64,000 bases of DNA from an uncultured delta proteobacterium (lineage in GTDB: Bacteria > Bdellovibrionota > FAC87 > UBA2466). How positions within the stretch are numbered: the first letter of the stretch is position 1; every line of letters starts with the position of its first letter. Location of the stretch: assembly GCA_963778115.1 (NCBI GenBank), contig CAVZSV010000004.1:1728001-1792000 (forward strand), given 5' to 3'. A program made the translations under genes and the position numbers. Shown piece after piece: positions 36,985 through 46,300 of this stretch. The notes beneath the pieces were generated by a model that worked only from the letters and a program-made list of their open reading frames with translations, did not search any database and was not told the DNA's origin.

Positions 36985-37223
36985 GATCTCCTTGTAGCAA
37001 CTTCCGGCCCCTCCACTTTTTTTATTAGGCACGTTAGAGGAATTAAATTTTCCCACTCAGCCCCAAAACTGAAACGCAAGGATGCTCATCCGCCTATAGT
37101 TCAATTCGACGTTACCGGTTTTTCACAGAACTGACGTTTCGTTACGGAATTTCCCTGAATAATCAGAGGGGTTTATATTTTTGGGCACTATTACCTTGAT
37201 CCTAATTTGAGATCTGCCCTAAG

Positions 37224-37907
37224 ATGCGCGTCCGAATGAAATCCGTATTTACGAATAGAAAAAAGCGGATCGCGACCGCGTTGCTCTGCCTTTTGTTGGG
37301 AACCTCGTCGGCTTATGGCTGGGACATTAAAGATCTCATTGAGTCGCTTAAGGCCCGATGCATGAAAAGGATCATTCGAATTGCCCTAGCGTTACATCCT
37401 GAAGAGCTGGTTCCCAAGTCGATGCCTCAAAAGGACGAAGGGCTATTCTCGCTGCTACTAGAAAACAATAAAGATGTCTCGCTTCAAGCCGAGCCGATGA
37501 ACTTCAAAGACGGGACCACGGGAAAATTCTTGTTACTTGCCAATCACCTTGTCACCCAACTGCCGAAGGGTTCTGTGCTCTGGGACTTAGAAGGCCGGCC
37601 CCACCTCACCGGCTCTGAGGAACTTAATCTTCAAGGCCCCACGGATTTTATTTACGGCATTAGAAGTTATGACGAAGGACAAGGATGGTATGCGAAATTT
37701 AAGGGCCGCTCCGGCGCTACCGTTCAAAGTGAACCTATTCTCTTCGAAGACGGAACCGAAGGTAAGTTTATGCTGCTTTCACCGCGACTCTTGAACGAAT
37801 TACCGGAAGGGGCCGTGGTATGGGATGCGGGAGGATCCGCGCATCTGATCGGTTCGATGCCGCTGCCCTCCCATCTTTTCGGTCTTCGACCCGAAGGCAG
37901 AATCTAA
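37224..37907 (+). CDS. secreted hypothetical protein with an internal duplication
   Basis: Signal peptide ending AYG; two copies of EPxxFxDGTxGKFxLL...LPxGxVxWDxxGxxHLxGS 80 aa apart. Confidence 0.78.
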   Translation: MRVRMKSVFTNRKKRIATALLCLLLGTSSAYGWDIKDLIESLKARCMKRIIRIALALHPEELVPKSMPQKDEGLFSLLLENNKDVSLQAEPMNFKDGTTGKFLLLANHLVTQLPKGSVLWDLEGRPHLTGSEELNLQGPTDFIYGIRSYDEGQGWYAKFKGRSGATVQSEPILFEDGTEGKFMLLSPRLLNELPEGAVVWDAGGSAHLIGSMPLPSHLFGLRPEGRI

Positions 37908-37925
37908 AACGGTTCATTTTTCGAC

Positions 37926-37964
37926 TTGAGGAGAGCAGCCGTTACTCCGACTGCCCTCCCTCAA
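37926..37964 (-). terminator. hairpin between convergent genes
   Basis: Minus strand GGAGGGCAGTCG-GAGTAA-CGGCTGCTCTCC. Confidence 0.55.
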
Positions 37965-37977
37965 TGTAGAACGGAAA

Positions 37978-38808
37978 CTACTTCTTGGACATATTGCTAC
38001 TGCCATAGACTACGTACGAGGCGTCGGTCGCGATAGCATCGCAACCGAAGGGAATTTCGATATAGCCCCCATATTGAGATCCGGGAATCTTCTCTCCCCA
38101 GCTCTCACCCCAGGAATTTTTTACATACCAAGTCCCATTGGTGTTGTTCCATCCTACAATCGTAACGAGATGATCGATTTCGGTGTCACTACAGTCTTGG
38201 TAAATACCACCCGAGTAGGAATCCCAACCACTGGCGGCGACGTCCACCGCAACCGCACCATATTGGAGGATAGCGGCTTGGATATCTTGCGTCGTGGGTG
38301 AGCCTCCGTCGGTTCCAATGTTCGACCACGAGATAGGCTTAGCCGCAAACGTGGACGGTTGGCCATCGGGGCATCCGGAACCCACACCCGTGTACGGGCA
38401 AGCCGAGTCCAGGACGAGACCATTTTGGACCATGAAGTCTCCCGCGAAGTTACCGCCGTTGCATCCATCGCTTTCAGGATCGTAGGCAGTGACCTCTTCT
38501 TCCGAGAGGACGACATTTGATTTTCCAAACATCAACGCGGAATAATCTAAAGTCATCGTGCTGGCGAATGCCCAGCAAGATCCGCATTGTCCTTGATCTC
38601 TTGTCGGAGGCTCAAAGCCATTGGCCGGCAACGAATAGGTCGTGGGAATAGTACCGTGGAAGTGTGGTTTCACGAAGGGAGCTTTGGCTAGACCAAAGGC
38701 CTGAGTTTTTTTGAAGCCTCGACCATGCTTAATGAGCGTGAAATTTTCCCCATAAGCATGTACCGACAATACCGACAGCAGGGACAGTAAAACAATCATG
38801 TTTTTCAT
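37978..38808 (-). CDS. secreted C1A papain-like cysteine peptidase
   Basis: RDQGQCGSCWAF, GCNGG, DHLVTIVGW, VKNSWGESWG. Confidence 0.95.
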   Translation of the reverse strand: MKNMIVLLSLLSVLSVHAYGENFTLIKHGRGFKKTQAFGLAKAPFVKPHFHGTIPTTYSLPANGFEPPTRDQGQCGSCWAFASTMTLDYSALMFGKSNVVLSEEEVTAYDPESDGCNGGNFAGDFMVQNGLVLDSACPYTGVGSGCPDGQPSTFAAKPISWSNIGTDGGSPTTQDIQAAILQYGAVAVDVAASGWDSYSGGIYQDCSDTEIDHLVTIVGWNNTNGTWYVKNSWGESWGEKIPGSQYGGYIEIPFGCDAIATDASYVVYGSSNMSKK

Positions 38809-39037
38809 ATTTCCCTCACTTTAGGTTAACGTTAGCTTTGATTGTATCTAGCGCAGGGAACTTATCGTGATGGCGAACCAGAACGTAATAACAAGTGATA
38901 CGACCTCAGTTTAAAGATAAGAATATCCGCTCGTAACAGATGATAAGGGATTCGGCTGATCCCCGAGCGAAGAATTCGGTCCATTGTTATCCTAAAGTTT
39001 CTAGACGAAAATGAGCTTTGAAAACGTTCGCTTTCTT

Positions 39038-39775
39038 CTACTGCTCGCAAACGGGTGCCGCCGACGAACAGATAGAGGGAACCGAGAAAGATGTTGGATC
39101 GGGAACCCCGGTCTTATAGTTCGAAAAATTCTGTTGCACCCACCCTGAAATGACCGGAAACCAGAAAGCCGCCGGAAGATTTCCTTCTTTATAAAAGCCG
39201 TAGCCAAAAGGTCCTGGAAGAGGAATATCCAAGAGAAACCAATTGGTTGGTTTCTCTGCTAACGGCATCTCCTTTTCAAATCCCATGTTAGCGATAACGT
39301 CCGGTCGTGGAGCCCAAAATCCCTCTTTACTCCACAGGCAGCAAGAGGTCGGCTGATTGAGATCTTGATTGGCAAAGCGAACCAGAAAAGTCTGATCTTT
39401 ATTGCTGATAAATTGGCAGGCAAAATCTCTTCCCGACGAGAAAATATCGATGCACTTGTCGCGGTAAATCTCTGTCATACTCTGTCGTTTCCAGTCGTAA
39501 TAGGTCACTCCTCGTAAAACGTCATTCGGTTGAGGGGGTACCGAAAACGGAGGGTTCTGCTGCGAAACGAATTCCACCATCGACCATTCCATGGAAAACT
39601 GCTCCTGCAGAAGAGGAGCTGCTGCCTCTGATTTGGGGGAAACGGCTGGTGTATTGCCATGGCACTGTAAACACCGATCTTCATCATGTGAAGAAGCGGT
39701 GACGGGCCAGGCGATAAGAGGCGAAGTCACTGTGAGACAAAAAAGGAAAACGAGTTTTAAAATTCCCCACCACAT
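39038..39775 (-). CDS. secreted ependymin-like (LolA/EPDR fold) protein with an N-terminal CxxCH
   Basis: Signal peptide, CLQCH, APLLQEQFS, GVTYYDW, SCC, C-terminal FSNYKTGVPDPTSFSVPSIC. Confidence 0.6.
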   Translation of the reverse strand: MWWGILKLVFLFCLTVTSPLIAWPVTASSHDEDRCLQCHGNTPAVSPKSEAAAPLLQEQFSMEWSMVEFVSQQNPPFSVPPQPNDVLRGVTYYDWKRQSMTEIYRDKCIDIFSSGRDFACQFISNKDQTFLVRFANQDLNQPTSCCLWSKEGFWAPRPDVIANMGFEKEMPLAEKPTNWFLLDIPLPGPFGYGFYKEGNLPAAFWFPVISGWVQQNFSNYKTGVPDPTSFSVPSICSSAAPVCEQ

Positions 39776-39825
39776 TTCTTACGTTTAACAGAATGCCCTT
39801 GGACCGGGCAAGGAGGTTTCGATTT

Positions 39826-40287
39826 CTACCCGCGTTTCACGCGATTGATAATCTGGTCCAATCGACTTAAGAACTCCGATCGATATTTCGGCTTCATCGG
39901 TTTCGGACCGAGGTTCATCTCCCCCATTTGTCTTAGCTGCGTCATTAACTCTCTTGTAGCTAAGAGCTCGCCGATGGTATCGGGAGTAATCTCTCGCCCT
40001 CGTGTATCGAGAACGTTGGCTTGCTTTTCTAAAGCCTTTGCCGAAAAAAGAAGATCGTTAGTGATGACAATATCATTAGGTACGACATGCTCGTAGATCC
40101 AGTTGTCCACAGAATCAAAATCTTTTCCTACCACAATGGGCTTAATCCAGCTGGCTTTGGGAATTCGAAGCTCGCTATTGCAGACCATAAAGACGTTGAG
40201 ATCGTACCTCTTAGCTACTCGGTAGATCTCCTCTTTAAAGGGACAGCCGTCGCCATCGACGTAGATATCGGGATTCCGTGCGGTCAT
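39826..40287 (-). CDS. YaiI/YqxD (UPF0178) family protein
   Basis: IYVDGDGCPFK, DSVDNWI, DIVITNDL. Confidence 0.92.
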   Translation of the reverse strand: MTARNPDIYVDGDGCPFKEEIYRVAKRYDLNVFMVCNSELRIPKASWIKPIVVGKDFDSVDNWIYEHVVPNDIVITNDLLFSAKALEKQANVLDTRGREITPDTIGELLATRELMTQLRQMGEMNLGPKPMKPKYRSEFLSRLDQIINRVKRG

Positions 40288-40337
40288 TGCCCTACTAATA
40301 GAGCATTTAGGGGATGAAATCCATGGGATCTTACCGA

Positions 40338-43300
40338 CTAAAGAACTACGCGGACTTTGTGAGTCTTTCCGTCGTCAACCAGGGTAATTTCCGAAGACGG
40401 CAAGAGGGTTCCGTCTACTTCGACCGTTCCGCTATTAGCTGGGATGTCTTGGCGGTCTTGACGATTAGTCACCACAATTAAGTACTGTGAGGATTTATAC
40501 TTATAGTTAATTTCAAATCCCTGCCACAATTTAGGGATACAAGGGGTAATGCGCAGACGATCGGCGCGCAAGGTAAAGCCCAGAATCGATTCCAACGCGG
40601 CTCGATACATCCAACTTGCGGAACCCGTGTACCACGTCCAGCCACCTCGACCGACGTGAGGAAACATTCCGTAAATATCGGCCGCTGCGACGTAAGGTTC
40701 CACTTTGTACTTATGTAATCCGGCCCGTGTTGCGGAATGGTTAATCGGATTGAGTAGAGCATAGAGTTCTCCCGCCCTATCGCCGTCGCCCAAAGCGGCA
40801 AAGGCCATTAACGTCCAAATGGCGGCATGAGTATATTGCCCGCCATTTTCACGAACTCCCGGAACGTATCCTTTGATGTAACCAGGATCGACCGAACCTG
40901 AATCGAAGGGCGGAGTAAAAAGTTTTACCAATCCATCTCCTCGATTGATCAGGTACTCATCAACCGCATCCATGGCCTGGACAGCCCTCTGCGGATTCGC
41001 AGCCCCCGATAGGACAGCCCACGATTGCGCTATGGAGTCGATTCGACATTCGCTATTGGAAGAAGAGCCTAAAGGGGTCCCGTCATCAAAGTAAGCACGG
41101 CGATACCAGTCCCCATCCCACGCATTCTCTTCAATGGCCTTTTTGAGCGTCGTCATATGATCGCGATAAGTTTCGATACGATTCGAATCGGTTTTGTCGG
41201 ATAACAGAGGTATAAACTCTTTCATGGTCGCATAGAGAAACCAGCCTACCCAAACGCTTTCGCCTTTGCCTCCGGCGCCGACTCGATTCATTCCGTCATT
41301 CCAGTCGCCAGTTCCCATCAAGGGCAATCCGTGAGTTCCGGTCTTAAGGCTTCTGTCCAACGTTCTGGCGCAATGATCTATTAGAGTGGCGGTTTGTTTA
41401 GAGAGTGTGGGTTCACGATAATCGCTGTCTTGTGAAGGATCGACCGGCGGTGCTTCGATAAATGGAATTATCTCTGACAGAATGGAACGATCTCCGGTAA
41501 CGTTCACGTAGAAGCTCGTTACAAAGGGAAGCCAGATGAGATCGTCAGAAAAATGGGTTCTGACTCCCCTACCCGTCGGAGGATGCCACCAATGCTGCAC
41601 ATCGCCTTCGACAAACTGGCGGCCCGCCGATCGTAAGATCTGTGCTCGCGCGATCTCAGGCCTGGTGTAGACCATCGCCATCACGTCCTGAAGCTGATCT
41701 CGAAATCCGTAAGCACCGCCCGACTGATAGAATGCGGAACGGGCCCAAATTCGACAAGAGAGCGTTTGATAGAGCAACCAACGATTCACGAGCAAATTCA
41801 TCGCTGCATCTGGAGTTTTAATTTCAATCGTTCCCAAGATCTTTTCCCAGCTAGCCAATACCTGTTTAAAGGAGGTGAGGACATTTTCTATTCGGCCGAA
41901 TCGACGAGTCAGTGCTCTGGCCTCTTCCACTTCCACGGTCTGTCCCAGCAGGAGGATGACTTCACGTTCCTCACCGGGGGCGAGTTCCAGCTTGCTCTGC
42001 AAAACTGCGCAGGGGTCAAGGCCGGCGCCGGCGAGTCCGGAAAGCTTTTCCCTTCCTAAGCCAGCGGGTTTTGCGGCCGATCCGTTGCGTCCCAAAAAGG
42101 CTTTGCGATCGCAAGTGAAACTATCGATCTCAGTGCTCAAATAGGTAAAAGCCACGCGCTGTTTGAACTCATTATTATAGGGATTACGTGCATAGAGCAT
42201 CCCGGTATCCGGGTCTTGAGTGGTAATCACATGGGGAGCTGAGATGGGTCGATGAACCCCCAGCACCCATTCCACGTAATAAGTGACCGACACTTTGCGA
42301 GTGACGTCGCTGGTGTTCTTGATCCGAAGGTAGCTAACTTTCACGGGGGCATCAGTTGGAACGAACATCTGCAATTCTGTCGATATTCCGTGGCTCGCGT
42401 GCTCAAATTGGGTGTATCCCTGTCCGTGGGTGATGACGTAAGCCTCCTTTTCCCGAATGGGGAGGGGGGTTGGGCTCCACACCTCTGCGGTCTCTTCGTC
42501 GCGCAGATAGAGGGCCTCACCGACAGGATCGCTAACTCCATCGTTCGACCATGGAGTAAGGCGATTTTCTCGACTATTTACTGACCATACGTAACCCGAG
42601 CCCGACTCCGAAATGATAAAGCCAAAATCGCGTTCGTTCGCAATGACATTTATCCAAGGGGCAGGTGTCCATTGCCCGTCTTTTAAGACAGTCACATAGT
42701 GTCGGCCCCCTTTGGTAAATCCCCCCAGGCCGTTGAAAAACTCTAAAGGAGGGATACGAGTTGTCTGTTCCGCCGTCCTTCGCTTCGTCTTAGAGGGAAC
42801 TAACAACTCCGGGAGTTCGTCTTCGGCCGGCCGACGTTTGAGCTGTTCTTCAAGCGTCCCTTTTTCAGAATCAAGATCGACGCGGGCGACTGTCCTTAGC
42901 AAAGTGATATCTTCTTTGGGCATGAGATCCGATCGGCGGACAAAAACCCCTCCGGGCTTGTCTAGAAGTAGATAAGATCCACTCATGCGAATCTGCTTTT
43001 GTAATTCGTCTTGCAATTGCTGCAAATAGCTCGAAGAATGTTCGTTGAGCAGCACCAGATCGATCGCAAGTCCTTTCAGACGCAAATATTCATGCGCATG
43101 AAGAAGCTCGCGAACCATCTTCATGTCCTTTTCCTCACTAATCCGAACGACGATAATGGGAAGATCTCCGCTAATACCGTAAGCCCATAGCCCCGATTGA
43201 GTTTTGGTATTGGCGGAGAGAACATGAGATCGCGGACGCAATGAAGAATCGCAGTAAATAACTCGACCCGCCAACCGCTGAAAGGTGTGGGCCTCTTTGC

Positions 43301-46300
43301 TTCCTATATTGAGATGCCGGAGTTGAACACGAGACTTAGTCCATGCCAATTCCGCTTCCCGAGTGAAAATGTGAATGTCGTGATACTTTTCGGCAAGCTT
43401 TAGCGCATCATCGCGCGTTCGAGCAACACCTGTGGCATATACCAAACGCACAGTCTCTTTAGGAGGGATGCGCACCGTAAGCCTTAGCGAAAAAATTGGA
43501 TCCAAGACCGGTCCTACCGTGTCGGACAACGGTCGTCCTTCGGTTATTGCAAAAGCATCAGCAGGAGTTCTTCCTCTGCCCAAAAATCGGGATCGGTCGG
43601 TTTCGTATTGAACTGAACCGATGGCCTCACCTTCGGTGACCAAACCATGAAAACCCCAAATGGGCTGTTCTGTTTCGGAGCGTCGGCGCCGGGTCGCGAG
43701 TAATGCGCATTCTGCGGGTGAATATTCCGTCTGGACGAAGAGGTTGCTGAATGCGGGATGGGCGACGTCGTCCTCGGGCTTAGCCAAAACGACTTCCATA
43801 AAACTGGTAATTTCAAAATCCCTGGTTTCCGTAAAATTATTGGTGAGTGAGATACGCCGGAGTTCGACGTCGTCTTCTTGAGAAACGATAATCTCCGTGT
43901 GCGTCGACGTCATCCCATCCCGACGCCAGAACTCGACTTTGTCTTCCGCAAAAGTGGCTTCATATTTCTTGGGCAAGAACCCCGTCGGCTGATAGCCAGT
44001 TGACCAGATGCGGCCCGTGGCACGATTTCGAATGTAGAAAAATTGCCCCCAATGATCCCGAGTCACATCTTCTCGCCAGCGATTTACCGCAAAAGGACCG
44101 GAACGGGAATAGCCGGACCCGGCAGTGGTAACCATTACGGAGTAATTTCCATTCGAAAGCAATTCCGTTCGCGGAGTGGGAAGATCCACATGAAAGAAAG
44201 TTCTAGGTTTCCAATCGGAAGATAAACGGTTTCCGTGAAAATGAACCTCTTCGGCCCTGGGTCTAGAGAGATAAACGGTGAGCGGAGTGCGCTCTTGTAA
44301 CAATAGCTGAGTGGCCTGCACAAGCGGGTCATTATGGAAACGCCTTTGCATAATGTGACCGTTCAACAAATTATTAAGAGATACGAGACTCATCCCCTGA
44401 TGATGAGACATGAAGGACCGTAAGATGAAACTTTTCTGGTTCTTTTGCAATCTCTCGGGTGTGTAATCGATAGACTCAAAAAAGCCGTACCGAGAGAGAG
44501 CCCCTTTTTCTTCAAGACTTCGTAAATTAGAAAGAGCTGCCAGAGGGTCGATAACGGAGGCCAGCATGGTCGAATAGGGAGAGACGACGAGGTCATCACT
44601 CAGGCCTCGCTTTAGTCCCAGACCGGGAACTCCGAAAGGGCCGTATTGATAGATCAGATGAAGGTCTCGCGCGTTGTAACCCGCTTCCGAGATTCCCCAA
44701 GGAACTCCTCGATCGGCGCCATACTCGATCTGCCTTGCCACGACCGATAGGTAGGTCTGATCCAAAAGAGTCTCTGAGTACCTCCGCATCACGAGCAGCG
44801 GCATCAAGTATTCGAACATAGTAGCGGTCCAGGAGATAAGGGCTCGGCTGCCTTTAACGGCCGTCATTTGCCGACCCAGACGGAACCAGTGTTCTTGGGG
44901 AACGTCCCCTTTTGCGATGGCCACGAAACTGGCCAAACGCGATTCCGACGCCAGTAGATCATAGTAGGAGTTATCTTTTCTTCCGTCCGCGACGTTATAA
45001 CCGATGACAAATATTTTTCGCTGTTCGTCGAATAGGAATTTAAAATCCATCCCCATGGCAATTTCGTCACACTTTTCGACGAGAGCAAGCTGCCGCTGCC
45101 GGAAATCCGTTGCATTCTTTTCGGCATCGGGGGCCCAAGGGGCCAAGACCGAAAGATCACGCTGAAATTGTTCGCTCTGGTGAAGTGCTGCCGTTAGCCA
45201 TACCCTTGTGTCACGAAAGACATCCGCCGAAGTCTCGGTGACTAGCGCACTTAGGATGTCCTCGGCTTCCGCAAGCATTCCTTTTAAAGAAGACAAAAAA
45301 CCGTCAAAGCCGCCCAACGAATCCCATTGGTAGACTTCGACAAATTCCAGGATCGATCGGGTGGCATCCTGGAATTGTTTTACGGTAACGACGCCAAGGT
45401 TTAGACCCAGCGTCGGAGAAACGCGCGCGACCCGGTCTGCCTCGAGTTTAAGTAAGGACAGCGTATCAATGAGCCCCTGCTTTGCTCTTGAATTGGTCGG
45501 TAACGAATTACCCAGATCGAGAAGGCAATGCTTCATAGCGAGTAAATGGCCGGCCAAATTTCCACTATCGACAGTAGAAATGTATTGGGGACGCAACGGT
45601 TCTAGCGTCTGCGTGTCGTACCAATTGAAAAAATGGCCGTGCATCCGCTCTAGCTTTTCCAGAGTCTTAAACGTTCGCTCCGAGCGCTCAAGCAATTCCA
45701 ATAAGCCTATATAACCCAGATCATAAGCCGAGCCCATGGAGAGCAGTTGCAGACCGATATTGGTGGGCGAAGTGCGGTGAGCCACCACCGGGCGCGGCTC
45801 TTCTTGAAAGTTATCCGGGGCGAGATAGTTTTCCTCTTTCGTCACGAAGGTCTCGAAGAAAAGCCACGTTCGCCGAGCGTAAAGCCGGTAGGTGGCCACT
45901 TCCGAAGCGACCAAGGGTCGTTCACGCTTTCTGGCCTTTTGTTTGATCCAGCTCTTGAGAAAAGGATTAGCGATCCATGCGATGAGAAAAGGAGATGCCA
46001 CAAGAAACGCTTCGGGGCGGCGTAAGGCGATGAGAATAGCAAAAGTAATTCCGATAACGGGACCCGGCCCTATCGTATAGCGCAGTGACACATTAGTATT
46101 CTTTGGCTGAACCCGATTTCCCTGTGCTTCGGCAAAACTCACCCACTCCAGCATCTTCTTTCGAGAAATAAACATCCGGTACAGAGCTCGGCCGATCGCA
46201 TCACTCTGGTTCCATGCCTGCTCCGCAAGAAAGGCCAGCATGAGGAAAACCTGCTGGGTCTGTGTGGTCGTCTGCTCCCAGCTTCGGCTGACGTGCCCTC

